Source of the DNA: Octopus bimaculoides
Lineage: Eukaryota
DNA: 64,000 bases
Assembly: GCF_001194135.2 (NCBI RefSeq)
Contig: NC_068982.1
Span: forward strand, 68,413,262-68,477,261
Direction: 5' to 3'
Shown here: piece after piece, positions 12,345 through 25,806 of the stretch
How positions within the stretch are numbered: position 1 is the first letter of the stretch
Layout of the letters: each line of letters begins with the position of its first letter
Program-made: the position numbers and the translations under genes
The notes under the pieces: generated by a model
Database searches by the model: none
Seen by the model: the letters and a program-made list of their open reading frames with translations, nothing else
What the model was told of the DNA's origin: nothing

Positions 12345-15068
12345 CTGATGAAGGTAGATTAATATAGTTTGATAACCTTGCTTTGAAGAAATGATTTAAG
12401 TTCTATTTATTTTAGAAATAACAATAGCAAATAAACAACATATAGAGAATGAAAATGTCCCACAGAATTTTATATCAATATTGGTTCATTTATGAATTAT
12501 CTATGATTAACAAAATAATCTACCTTTCTATTTTAATAAGCTGTGTTGGGTGTGTGACTATACATGAAAGAGGGAGAGACCAACTATTAAATAGAATGAA
12601 CCCAATTTCAAACTTTTACAGAGAACCACTGAAAATTTTGAATACAGAAACATTTGAATCTTTTTTTAACTGCCACAAAGCTGTTTTTTTTTTTCTTTTT
12701 AAATAAGCATTTGATTTTATTGATTCTAGAGGGAAGAAAGGCAAAATTAACTCAGCAGTCCATATAGAAAGATCATTGACAATAAAAGCATTAACTAATA
12801 AGAAGAATGCTACTAGGAATGAGAAAGCATGAGTGCATGCATGTTTGCACACATACACTCACATTCAAACTTTCAATTTAAGATTATTCTGAAGAAATTC
12901 AATTAACTGATCAATTATTGTAGCTGTTGCTATTAACACTAGTTTGTCAATGTAGCTTAAGACTGAGGAATCACTTGTGGCATATTTCTAGAAATAACAT
13001 TTTTAAATTTGCTTTGAACATTAAGGTCTTCTGCAATTAAGAACCTTATAAATTAAAGCACCCCCACCCCTGTTAGAATATTAATCATTTAAATCTTCAG
13101 GAACCATTGATGGTCTGAAGGAGACCAATGGCGGTCTGTATCAGCAAAAATGAGTTTAACAAAGTTCAGAGAAAAAAAATACTAATATCTTGAAGAAGGA
13201 CCTTCAATAGCTGAAGGTATGAGGAGGACAGAAGCAAGAACTAGAAAGTATTTAAAGATTTAAAATTAATTTTAAAACTACTAGAGATAAAGAGATGTTG
13301 GAAAATATCATGAACTTAAATATAAATCTATGATAGTTGCCAAGTCAGAAAAAGAGGGGCAAAATGGCTGTGAGGTTTAGGCTCTTTACTTCAAATTTTA
13401 CTATAATCAGTTTGCCTGTTGGACAAAAATCAGGCTCTACTTATAAATTAATAAATGAACAATTACAATTAGGGTATTCAGCTGTAAAAACTAATTGCTC
13501 CATCCCAACCATGCTTTCATAAAGAAAGGAAAGTGGGTTAAGTTGTTAAATGCTAAAATTGATTGACATCAGCAGCATTGACAATCATTAAAAATTTGGT
13601 GAAAGCAACACTCATAAACTTAAAACCACACTTCAATAAACAGCAATCAAATAAATACTGACTACCAATCATACTCCATCTGCCCGCCTAAAGTCATTGC
13701 ACCCTCTTTCTTCTATTCATTTACAGTTATTGGGACCACTTTTAGCACTTAATCATGAACATTACAAGGCGATCTCTGCTAGTGCTAGAGCCATAAAAAG
13801 TGTACCCAGTACACTGTCAAGCAGTTTGTGTTAAAGGTATCCTCTAGCACACCAGATCCTATCAAACCATCCAACCCATGATAGCATAGAAGACAGACAT
13901 TAAAAGTTGATCATGATTACAAAGTATTTGTAACTATCAATATTTATATAGTTCTGTATAAACTAAATATTTCAGAATAAATAAACCACCATAAGGGAAA
14001 ACTTCATGGTTATATACAAAATGTATGTTCCATCAAAGTCTGTTAAGGTTTTAAATATAAAACATTTAAATGATGCTTTGCTTATAGGGTATATCATCAT
14101 CATTTGACATCTATATTCCATGCCAGCATGAGTTGGACAGTTTGATGCGATCTGACGGGTCCAAGGACTGTGTTATATTCTAGTGTCTGCTTTGGCATGG
14201 TTTTTACAGCTGAATATCCTTCCTTATGCTGATCACTATAGTGTATACTGGGTACCTTTTCATGCCATTGGCACTACTGAGGTCACTATGCAGCTTGCAA
14301 GACTACAAAATGCAAGGCAGTGGCTTCACACTAGGGGATGATGGTTAGGGTATGAGAGAAACGAGTGGGGGCAGAGCAGGTTCTTGTTCTGGAGAAGCTA
14401 TGCGACTACTCACATTTAGGAGAGTAGTGAGAATAAATCAGTAGTAGCTGTAAAGAGACAAATAGTGATGACGTGGTGTCCAGATGGCCCCTTGAGTTAT
14501 GATGGGAGTAGAAGTGAGTTGGGTCAAAAGACAGGAAAAATGGGAGGGGATGTAGGTAATATCTGTAAAGATTGAATATGAATGTAGGGAGTGGTGGATA
14601 CAAGGGTGGAGGATGGCTAATGAAGCATGAGTTGGGGAAGGTAAAGGGATGCAAGAAGAGAGCAGGGGAGGGTAAGCATGAATAGAATGGTTTCTGTTGA
14701 GTTATTTTTGCTAAAAATCTATGCACCTTTCTTATTCCTTACCATTCAGTTGTAGAGAAATGAAACCGGTCTTAAACAAGCAAGTTGACACATGTACCTT
14801 GCAAAGGAGCAAAATACAATGGCTCTAGTATTAAAATTTGAACTCATTTTAACCTCACAGCTACAGTATTGTGGCTTCATAAAAAATCTATGCAGAAATT
14901 TTTGAAATAACATCAACAAAGTATTTCACATTAAAATATGTCCTTTAGCTGAAATACCTCAAATCATTTATATACACATATCTCTTTAGCATGACAATAG
15001 CAATCCATATTGAAAACAAATATTAAAGAAATTTATGAATTAAGTTAGAATATACAGAAGCTACATAC

Positions 15069-15124
15069 ATCTTTAGGAGATGTCCGAGGTGGCACTGCAG
15101 GAGGTGGTAACAATACTGAAGTGC
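15069..15124 (-). CDS. REPS1: REPS exon (56 nt, Pro-rich)
   Basis: ttactttcag|GC...GAT|gtatgt. (G)TSVLLPPPAVPPRTSPKD. Phase 1 in, phase 0 out. Confidence 0.85.
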
Positions 15125-16069
15125 CTGAAAGTAAGTAAATTGCATAATTTAAACTGTTCCACATATTATATTATAGATGTTACATGGTTTAGGATTTAAA
15201 GGTTCAAGGCAAGTGTAAATTATCAAACACAGAACAAAGTAACACATATTTTTCTTTGTATGGTTATAATTACAACAAGCATGAACTAATAACTAGAACA
15301 ACAATATACAAAAATATAGCAAAAGAAGAAAACAATAGAAACTAAAATTATTGAGAGAAAAAATAATTATCATTTACTTATTAGCATATCAATAATAATA
15401 ATGATAATAACAATAGAAAAGCAGCAATTCAAACAGTAACAGAAAACAACAGCATGTAAATAAAAAAAAATATTTTAAAAAAAGTGTTGGTGAAGCTGAC
15501 AGAAGGGGAAAAAGAAGTTTTGTTGGAATCAAGCCACAATGCATGATGGGGTTAGTATTCCCAGTTGTTAGCACAGATATAGCAGTGATATTAATAGGTG
15601 TCTGAGAAAAAGGCAGTAAACTTTCTAACTGAAATGAGTTTTAATTGGAATAAAAATACTGTCATTTTTTGTTGAAAAGGCAAGAAAACGAAAAGGATTT
15701 CTATAATGAAAAATAAAAAAGAATACTAACAAAAAGGAAGGAAGTTCCCTTTTTGTTAATAACTATCAAGATAACTATCTTGAATGATAGTTATCAGCAT
15801 TTTGTTCAAGATTTTGGACTGGAGAAAACTCAGAGTAAACACTACTGTGCTGACAGTGCTACTGAACTTTGTTTCCAAATGCAGGAGCTGTCTCATCAGG
15901 CAGTGAAGCAGCTCTTTTGGCCCCTTCTATCACAATACCAGACCTGCCCAGGGCCACCTACCAATGTAGGCAACAAACACCTGCACAACAGCACAAGTTT
16001 TGTTGAGTTAGATGTTGCAACTCTGGGCCAGATGTTTCTACCATTGCCAGTGCTAGTTCTTGCCGCATC

Positions 16070-16225
16070 ACTTGTCCTCTTCCTCTTGAGCCAGACGTAA
16101 TGGCTTGTTTTCTCAGAGGCTTCTGACATCTTTTCTATTATTCACAGCTAATCCAAGTCTACCAGGCACCAAGTGAACTCTTCCAACAAACCCTCTAACA
16201 CCTACCTCTATAGGAAAGCATATTG
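16070..16225 (-). mobile_element. HERO-like RLE non-LTR retrotransposon C-terminal fragment
   Basis: CFPIEVGVRGFVGR followed, after a frameshift, by SEASEKTSHYVWLKRK. This matches the recalled HERO end pattern P(V/I)EVGCRGF...EAAE.AS.WLW.KR. Confidence 0.65.
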
Positions 16226-17657
16226 ATTCACATAATTAGTGAGTAACTAAATGATTATCTAATACAATAGACACTGTGGAATTATGGTTAAGTTAATAAA
16301 AAGGTGAGTCAGCAACTCATTTTCATTTTCTGATTAAAGCTATTTCACTATTTTTCACTTTTGCCGCAATAAGTATAAACATCACAAATTTTTTCTTCTT
16401 CTTTTTGATGGTGGGGATTCCCCTCAGGGACATTGTGTCTGTGTAAACCATACACAAAGTCCCAGGTCTAATCAATATGCTAAATAATCTTAAAAATGGG
16501 AGGCTACCTGAGGAAACTATCTCAGTGTACTCTCTTACACTAAGACATTGCTGAAGCATTTAACTAAGCAGGAATAAAATTTGGGCAAACGGTGTACCCC
16601 AGCAGCAATTATTGTAAGGAAAATAATCACTTCTAGATTAATCATGGCAGGATTAGAAGTTTTACACAGAAAATACATATTTAAATTTTTTTTTTACTTC
16701 TCTCATTACAAAGATCCTAAATAATATTTTAATCATAGGTAGCCATGTATAGCGTCATTTAATCATCAGCATGACATAACCTTAGGTAAATAAATTACAC
16801 TTAAACATTTTATGAAACAAGATAGTTTAGAAGGCATTCATGGAATGTACTTTTCTCTCCTTTCTTTTCATAGGTCGTTAATAGTTCAAGAACTGAGAGA
16901 AGACAGAGAAAACTCCTACATACAGATTAATTATTTCCTGGGAATTTTTAACCTTCTGAAAGATTTCATAAATGTAGTTTACTATTACAGTTTTAACTAC
17001 AAACAAATTTCACAGGCTGTTTTTGATATATTTTAATTTAATCCATAATTGATACATGGATAAGAAAAATAACTTAACTAAAAATTTAAACAAATAGCAA
17101 AAACATAAGGAAATCAAAGCACAAGAAATAATAATGATAATAATAGTGTTGGTGGTGACAGTAGTGCTTTCAACACAAAAACATAAACTCACTACACACT
17201 AGGTGATTTTTTAGACAAAGTTTCTGAACATATAAGGTAAAGTAAATGATTTAAAAGATATACAAACCTTTAACTTATGCATGCTTGCACACACACACAC
17301 ACACGCACACACACAGCATGTAGGTATGTGTGAGTGCATATAGCACATACATACTAACACATACACAGACAAAGAGATTGTTTAATGAGGAGGATAGCAA
17401 AGAGAAAGCAAAACAGAACAAAAGTTCTCTTTTTCAACCCATCCAAACCCTCAAATCCTAGAACAGAAAGTGGGTTCAGATACTATGCAGTGACAAATAA
17501 GAGTTGGTGGGGGAAACAGGTTTATAATTATGAGCCGAATCAAAATAAAGGGCTGGGTTAATTTATTATTAATCAGTGTTAGCTAGAACTGGTCAGTAAT
17601 TAACAAAAAGTATTGAGTGATTAGTATTATGAGATGATTTTGAAAAGTAGGACCTAC

Positions 17658-17930
17658 CCACATCACCTTTCATTTTTAAGTCGACAGAAATGCTCCGTCC
17701 ATGTGACTGGATTGGCCGAGGGGGAAGTCTTGGAGGTCCAAACTGCCCCCCTGTAGTGGCTGGACTATCAGGGGTCACAGTCTGCTGGACTGTGGTTGTG
17801 GTTGTGGCTGTCACGCTGATGGAGGCCGTGGTCCCTGCCGGCCCTTTGTCAGAGCTACCAGTGTTGGTCATCTGGTCCCCACCTCCAGTACAAGGGGCTG
17901 GAGGAGGTTGGAGGTGCCCAGGTCCAGCAA
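17658..17930 (-). CDS. REPS1: REPS exon (273 nt, Thr/Pro-rich)
   Basis: gtttcctcag|TT...GTGG|gtaggt, phase 1-1. AGPGHLQPPPAP...PPRLPPRPIQSHGRSISVDLKMKGDV. An alternative phase-1 donor (AAG|gtgatg) lies 9 nt upstream. Confidence 0.88.
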
Positions 17931-20044
17931 CTGAGGAAACAGTGCACAATTTAGCCAGCTCAAATAAACTGAAGTAAGACAACTTCATACAAATAACAGA
18001 GTGAGAAGGTATCCAAGTTAGAGAAAATCAAGATTTAATGTTTGATATAATAACACACTTACCCTAAGAAATTAATAAGAAGCTGCTAAAAACAATTTTT
18101 TTTTATATTTTAAATGTACAATTAATGTTAAAATCAAAAGAAAGAAAACAAAGTAACAAAATTCAACAAAAGAAAAATATAAAATAAAACAAATAACACC
18201 TATTTTCTCTAGAAATATTCACTTTTTGAGTTGAGCAGTGTACTTTTCCTTGGATTTTCTCTTTCTCACCTTCATATCACATTGTTTTTCTCTCTTACAA
18301 GTGTAGTACCTCGTATTAAACTGAGCAACAGGATCGTTGTTGTCATTATCATTAATGATAAGGTGATAGTAATGTTCAATTCTGATCATCTTAAAATAGT
18401 AACCAGTTGTACAAAATAACATTTTGTAGTTTATATCCAGTATATCCACCACACTTCTGTTGTAACAATTTGAAATTAAGTCACCATAGTTGACCACATA
18501 ACTGTGTAGATTACTACCCCACCAACAACAGGCAGCATGATTAGTGTTGAAGAGTTGAAATAGGGGATAATATATGCAGATCAACCATACAAAATCAAAC
18601 AATAAAAGCAAAGGAGACAAATGTGGAAAGGGAGAAGTGCTCTAAAGGTCAAACTTTGAAGCCAATGTTATGTACATATACAATACACACACACTTATAA
18701 ACACACATATTCATACACAAATACACAAAACCATGCATGCATATACATATCTAGCTCAGCTGTCACTCACAATTGATTGTAACCTGGTAGCTGGTATACA
18801 CTTTCGTATTAGGTACTTTGGCAGACACTGACACCTTCTCAGTTCTTCCACTCTTGACCCAACAGAATATTGCTGGTGTAGTCCACTTTTTTCTTCCATC
18901 TATCACAACCTCAGTCAGCTGAAACTTATTTATTGGCTGAGTAGACTGGAGTAACATAAAATGATGTGCCTTGCTCAAGGACACAATGCACCACCCAGTC
19001 CAAGTATCAAACCCATTACCTTATGGTTGAGATCAACACCTTAACCACTAAGCCATACTCCTACATACATATATAGATACACACATAAAATAAGATGGTA
19101 AAGACAACCACAATGAAAATATTAAGGATGATGATGATGATTACTCTATCTTGCAAAAAAACACAAATAAAAAAAGCCATCCCATTATTTAATGTTCAGT
19201 TTAATGATTCAGTGTCATTTGCTCATGTGCTCTGAAATTCTGTTTAAGACCAGCTGATGATTTACAAAGTCTAGAGCAAACATTACAGAGCAAACTAGAC
19301 ATCCCCACGAGAATATTCAGACACTTCTATGTGATGACATTCTTATGCATATGGCTTCACAATCCAGCTTTAGATGTATACCCTTTGTGGTGCCTGCAGG
19401 AACTTTATGCAATACCTCTCAGTTAACAATAGCAAGGGCCTGGGTTAAGTCAACAAAGACCTGACATAGACATATCTGCTGCTTGATAAATTTTTCTTGA
19501 AATTGATGCACAGAAAAAAATCAAGTCCTTTGTACCCTCTACCTGATCAACACCCAGAATATCATTTCAAGTAACACTGAGGGACGTCTTTCATTAGCTA
19601 ATTCAACAACAGTAATCTAGACAAAACCCTGCCAAAAGATTCCAAGTGAATGATACCATAAGAATTACCACACTTAGATCTTGATGCTTTGCTTTTCATA
19701 TCAAAAGTCTCATCAATCGAGTCTTGTGGTGCAAGAGTTCCTTCCCAGCTTTTCTTGTTATATTAACCCTTTCGATACAATTCCACTTGGGACCATCCCT
19801 AGTTCTACAATATCAACTCACTACTCTAAAGTGATTTAAATTAAAACCTTGCATGACAATTTCTTGTTATGTTCTTCACACCAGCTCAATAATAACAAAT
19901 TTGTTTTGATAAAAACTTAATTATTTTCAAACTAAATTAAAACAAAAACAATGTATTTCAATGGAAATCTGGCCCAGGGAACTTGCATAATTTCAACAAA
20001 AATGAGGTGAGAAAAGTAACTCAGAGTGGCCAGTGGCATGTATT

Positions 20045-20310
20045 TAAGGTAAGGTAAGGGTCACCTTCTTGAGTCATGCCAACTCATAAGGGCCAGTTTA
20101 CCAGTTTCCATAGCATATAACTTCCTTACTTGGATGGAACGCCAGTCCGTTGCAGGATTACTCATTTTTGCCAGCTGAATGGACTGGAGCAACATGAAAT
20201 GAAGTGTTTTGCTCAATAACACAACGCATTGCCCAGTCCAGGAATCGAAACCACAATCTTACAATCATGAGTCCAATACCCTAACGACTGAGCCACATGC
20301 CTCCACAGTG
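20045..20310 (+). mobile_element. SINE family C (related copies at about 18765-19050, 44815-45045 and 52045-52290)
   Basis: Shared core cagctgaatggactggagcaa.gtgaaatgaagtg.tttgctcaa.aacacaac...ggaatcgaaaccac...ccctaac.act.agccac. Confidence 0.8.
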
Positions 20311-21904
20311 TCATCTATTTGAACAACACTGGCAAATATAGTTATATCAAATACTGCAACATAAGTTTTCAATTTATGAAATTATTTCCACCTCTAGAGG
20401 ATGTCATAATTATGAAAATGGCAATTGCCATTTTGATAATTATGACACAGGGATGTACCACACCTATTAGCACACAAAGTGGTCTTACAAGAAAGTGAGT
20501 GAACAGCCACTATATAGATACATACACACGGACACACAACTACATGTGGACAAAGAGATATATTTTAAGTTAGAAGGCTCTAATGAAAACAACTTTAGAA
20601 TATTCAAAATGCAACACAAATTATAAAAAAAAAAGCTTTTCTTGCACACTAAACGTTGCCAAAAAATATCATTAAAGGCAGCCTTGAAATAAGAAGGAAA
20701 GTGGAAAAAAAAAAAAAGAAACAATAAAGCATTTAACAACTGAAAAGCAAGGTTAGGACAAAAAGGACATAAAAAAATAATTGTGCAGAGAGAAAGCAAG
20801 TGTAATTAAGTGGTAAGTAATCTCAATGATATAAAATATTATAAAACTATTTTACTTAATGAATATTTTAACAGAAATATTTTCAATTCTGTGGACTTGG
20901 CAACAGAAATAAACCTTGTGGTTTGCCAATAAGGTTTTATTACAAGAATTGATTAACAGAAATAATTAAAATGTAGCAAAGAATGTTATTAGAAGAAACT
21001 TTAAAAAAAAACCTCTCTCTTTTTTTTTTTTCATACATATTAAAGAGAAGCTCAATGAGGATTTGATGAACAACAAATCTTGTGGCATCTTTGAAAGAGT
21101 AAAATAACAATAAAAAAATAACACTGAAAAAGCAAATATAATGTAGCCATTCATAACTTCCAATTAAAACTAAGCTTTCTAATTTTGCTTTTTGGTTGTC
21201 AGGACAAAAACTTCAAGGAAACATAAATGAAATTGTGTAATGCTCATATTATCTCCAAGTGCATTAGTGACAATATGTACATCCTTTAGAGAATCAAAAA
21301 CTGAATCATAGACACTAACATGCACCATTCAGACCCTAAGCATCATTGCATCTGATTCTCAGTTAAACATAAATTATTTCCAAAAATAAAAATTAAAATT
21401 ATATTTACAATAGGTTCTATCATCATTTGTTATATTTATAATGAAATCTATACCATCTTGGGTCATACTGTCCAATTCCATCCACCAAATTCTATGAGTG
21501 ACATAATTATTTTCCTCCTGTCCTTTTGACAACTCTTAAGCAATGCCACTGGTTAGATATAGTAGCTCTCTTCACATAAAAATTGCATAAAGGACTGCCG
21601 TTTCTGACATAATAAATCACAATTAGAACACCTATCTTTAACTGCATTGTAGCTACTGTAACATCTATTACCTCTCCTGTTCCTGCTATGGTTAATCTAG
21701 GGATGTAACAACTACAGTATAGGCAAGGTAGATAGTGGTTGCCTACCTAGAGTAAAACTATAAATATTAATTAAATATAAAAAGTGAATGCTTTCCTATT
21801 CATTATAAAAACACTAATTTAAAGCAAAAAATTCATTTGTTGTCTTTTTATAATCAACAAATCATGATACATAATTTCTGCTGCCTATATATATATATAT
21901 CTAA

Positions 21905-22074
21905 AAGGATTTACTTTTCATAATGAGATAAAAAACTAAGGTTGTGTATATTTTAGAACATTTATAAATAGAAGGTCTTACAGCTAAGACCTTCTTAGCT
22001 GTAAGACCTATTTATAAATGTTCTAAAATATACACAACCTTGGTCTTTTATCTCATTATGAAAAGTAAATCCTT
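21905..22074. repeat. Near-perfect 170-bp hairpin (about 82-bp arms, 3-nt loop)
   Basis: aaggatttacttttcataatgagataaaa...gtcttacagctaaga / cct / tcttagctgtaagac...ttttatctcattatgaaaagtaaatcctt, with one 3-nt bulge and two substitutions. Follows a (TA)n run. Confidence 0.93.
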
Positions 22075-22640
22075 CTATTCACACGCTGAGATATGACCCC
22101 TTATTCGCATAATCACTGAACCTGGAGCTTAACTATGGTCTATCCATAGCACTTACTCAGCATTACCTGAAACCTCTGGGTCTTATTGACACCACTACTG
22201 CTCATAACCTATATATATTATTTACATTTGACAGATATTTATCCTCATCTTGTTTGTTGTTAACACAACATTTCAGCTGATATACCCTCCAACCTTCATC
22301 AGATGTCTTGGGGAAATTTCAAACCTGGATTCTCATTCTTAAGGCGTTTTTTGATGTTATTATTATTATTATTCAGATTATTGCCTGGAATCAAACTCAG
22401 AATCTTGGGGTTAGTAGTTCATGCTCTTAACCACTACGCCATATATCCGTGGGCAATTATGGAGTTAATTTTAGGGCTTATAAATCTAATATTTTCCTAT
22501 CCTTCTTTAATACTGGTTCCCATATGCTACTCATATTTGCACTCAGTCTGCTTAGGAGGTTGTATATCAGCCGAAACGTTGTGTTAACAACAAACAAGAT
22601 GAGGACAAATATCCGTCAAATGTAAATAATGTACATAATT
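22075..22640. mobile_element. Probable Penelope-like element remnant with an inverted partial terminal repeat
   Basis: 22217-22285 and 22562-22630 are about 69-bp inverted copies. The left copy carries a hammerhead-like motif. Inverted partial pseudo-LTRs are typical of Penelope-like elements. No RT or GIY-YIG coding sequence seen. Confidence 0.55.
22262..22307 (-). ncRNA. Decayed minimal type-I hammerhead ribozyme motif
   Basis: GACAT-CTGATGA-A-GGTTG(gagggtatat)CAGCT-GAA-ATGT-T-GTGTT gives stem I, an intact CUGAUGA core, stem II and GAAA. The inverted partial copy at 22567-22585 keeps CAGCC-GAA-ACGT-T-GTGTT, the likely ancestral state. Confidence 0.55.
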
Positions 22641-25280
22641 CCTCATCTCTTAAAATATAAAACTGTGTATATCTATTTATATATCTATTTATATATATAT
22701 ATAATTCTGTTTATATATATATAATTTCTGCAACTTTTCCGGTTTAACTATTATATGGATGAGAGAGGTGAAAGATGTTGCTGTAACCATAATTCAAGTA
22801 AAGACTGTGTTCCAAATGAGAAATTATATTAGCAAGAACACTAGACTTAAAGACAAAGCTTGTGTAAAGAAACCTATTAAATCTAGCCACCACCATTGTT
22901 TAAGAGTTGACAAAAAGTAGGTTGTAAAATAATTACAGCTGCCATAGAATTTGGTGAATGGAACCAGTCAGTGTGGCCCTAGATGGTATAGATTTGAATA
23001 TAAATACAATGACAACCCAAATTGATAAAAAGCTGGGATTAAGCCAGTAAAATTTTATCTTGAAATCCAGACACAAGCAAACTAGTAACTTGAGTGATTT
23101 TACTAATACTTAATACTGCAGAGAAACATTTATTTTTAACAATGTGAGATAACACAAAACATTTTATTTCAAAAGTAGAAGAAATGATTAACTAGGTTGC
23201 TGGTTTTGTTAAATAATAAACATTTTGATAACAAAGAAAGCAAATATCTTAGTAAACTTAAGACTTAGGATTTAATCTTTCTATTAATAGAAAATCTCTA
23301 AGTTTTTTTTTCTTTTTGCTATGGCTCCATGCCCTGGAGTTTGGTGGTTGCTAAGAAGGTTAGGTGCAGATAAATGGATCATAGGAATAGTTCGATCTAT
23401 GTGAACAAAGTAAAGATTGGCAGCAGCAAATTTTGTAAGGAATTTAATGTGTAAGTAGATCTTTTTTTTACCAAGGTTTTAGCTGCCACCACCTCCTCTT
23501 TTGTTGTAATTCTAGGGTCAAATAATACTGAAATGGAGCACTTAATCTGTCTGGGAACTTTGATATGTGTTAATGACCAGGTTCCCACTGCAGAGCCTGA
23601 TCGATGGACAAAAAAAATTTTTTTTGAACCTGGTATCATGATCAGGGGTTAAAAGACCAATGTAGCAAAGATTAATGTACTGAAATAGTAACAGAGAATA
23701 TGTGATCTACTACCATCTAGAAAGTAAAAAAAGGTGTTGTTATGATCTCAATATTATGCACTTAAAACCAGTATTGGAAACACAAAAGCTGTAGACTGAA
23801 AGAGAACCAAGATTTAAGATACAGTAGTTAGCATTAGCAACATCATTGTCGTTGTTGTTTTAACATCCAACTTTCGGTGCTTCCATGAGTCAGTTGGAGT
23901 TCATTGAGGCAAATTTTCTACAGTCAGATGTCCTTCCAGTCATCAACCTTTACTGTTTCCAGTATATAAGAAATAATTGCCATGCAGTTCCTGTTACCAA
24001 GGTGACATAATTAGTGTTGGAAATGGTTGTGATGAACGTATAGTAGCACAAGTAGAAAGGAGATGGATAAAGTTTAAAGAATTGGTACTATTACTGGTGG
24101 CAATGGATTTCTTGAGCTATTGAGGGAACTGCTACATGGTTGCCTGATCTGCCAGAAATAATAGCAAGATTATTCCATAAGTGCCATCTTGATATCTTCA
24201 AATAGGAAAGATAAAATGAATAATATACTCCTAAACACACTATTTCCAGAAACAAGACAGGATGGTCATGGTTGAAAAAGTTTGATATTAGGTTGACTCA
24301 AACAGGGTTGACAAGAACTTTTCTTTCTCTTTACAAAAGGAGGCCTTATGAAGCTTATGTAATAATCTTGAGAACTAAATGCAGGTGTTCGATAAAGACT
24401 AGAACATGTGGCTGTTCAAAGTTAATTTGCATTCAAGGCACAGTACAAGTGTGAAAAAGGCAACCACTGAGCATAAAAGGACTTGGACAAGTGACTGCAC
24501 TACTATAGTTATGAAATGAGGGACTTGCTGAATGGAATTATAAAAAAAAATGCTGCATTCTAACAGTGGAACATACATATGGCAGAAGACCAACTATCCC
24601 CTCTCGCTGCAAAAAGAAAGAAAGAATTGATGATCTCAGATCTAAGAATGGTGCCTCTCACAAATCAGTTGACAGAGTCTCAAAAAGAATAGGAATAAAC
24701 CACACAGCAGTCTTGCACTTTTCATTTTAGTGTAAAGCATAAAAAAAAAAAATTAAAAAATCAAAGTAGATGACAAGTGCTGCAACATACCATAATACTC
24801 AAGTTTATCCTAATTTCCAAAGTGTTAACTTGTTGGAAACAACTCACCAGCACCTAGATAAGGTACTAGTTTGCTACACAGTCACAGCTCTCCAAGTTAA
24901 TAAAATACTAGCATAGAAACTAGATGAAGTTTTTGCATTTCACTTATCTCACTATCGTTTCAGTCTCAGATAGATAGTCCAGTCTATCAAACAGCATGGA
25001 CATTAGTTTAACAGACAAATGTTTCATTATCTTGCAAGGATTCTTCCTAATTAACTTATACTATCTATTCTAATAATTATTTCAAAGCAACTTCTCACAG
25101 TATATGTTTTAGCTAATATTTACTGTTATCTTCTTATGTTGCAATACAATTTTTATACACACACATACACACACACAAACATGCAACAACATAAGTAAAC
25201 AAACTTTTTCTTTTTGGAAGTGTCAAATAAATCATACAAACTGGAAAGTAATATTTCAAATGCAGTATAGCCATGACAAC

Positions 25281-25381
25281 AGCAGAAAGATTGGGTATTT
25301 TACCCTTATACAATAGAAAAAGTTGTCGTCTGCTGACAACTTTTTCTGTCATATAAGAGTAAAATACCCAATCTTTCTGCT
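25281..25381. repeat. Hairpin (about 47-bp arms, 7-nt loop)
   Basis: agcagaaagattgggtattttac..ttata....agaaaaagttgtc / gtctgct / gacaactttttct....tataa..gtaaaatacccaatctttctgct. Confidence 0.9.
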
Positions 25382-25452
25382 ATTTTCACAGCCATACTCT
25401 GAAATATTACTTTCCTGTTTGTATGATATTATATATATATATATATATATAT

Positions 25453-25495
25453 ATTCTGTCAGCTTGCCACCTTAGTGCTTGAGAATATTGTGTGG

Positions 25496-25554
<59 letters not shown>

Positions 25555-25614
25555 TGCATGCACACACACACCCACACAATATTCTCAAGCACTAAGGTGT
25601 CAAGGTGACAGAAT
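25453..25614. repeat. Palindrome centred on (GT)n(TA)n(CA)n that duplicates a SINE 5' junction in inverted form
   Basis: attctgtcagcttgccaccttagtgcttgagaatattgtgtgggtg... versus ...cacccacacaatattctcaagcactaaggtgtcaaggtgacagaat (2 mismatches in the unique arm). Confidence 0.88.
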
Positions 25615-25806
25615 TGTTAACATGCCAGGCAAAATGCTTAGTGGCATTTCATACATCTTTATATTCTGAGTTCAAATTCCACCAAGGCCTACTTTGCCTT
25701 TCATCCTTTCGAGGTTGATAAAATAAGTACCAGTTTCACACTGGGATTGATGTAATCAACTTACCACCACCCCCTAAATTGCCAGCCTTGTGCCAAGATT
25801 TGAAAT
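25596..25806 (+). mobile_element. SINE family B with a 19-bp target-site duplication
   Basis: TSD caatattctcaagcactaa at 25577-25595 and 25807-25825. Body has gttcaaattcc (B-box-like) and aaataagtaccag. Confidence 0.9.

Noticed and set aside
4200-14740. Purine/pyrimidine-skewed blocks at about 4200-4545 and 14330-14740 with ORF calls
   Set aside because: They are low-complexity, probably decayed repeat tails, with no recognisable protein motif.
15860-15905. CTGATGA...GAAA on the minus strand after the HERO fragment as a hammerhead
   Set aside because: No convincing stem I, II or III pairing.
23470-23530. Possible exon VLFDPRITTKEEVVAAKTL
   Set aside because: Phase 1 in and phase 0 out does not fit the phase-1 intron, and no homology was recognised.
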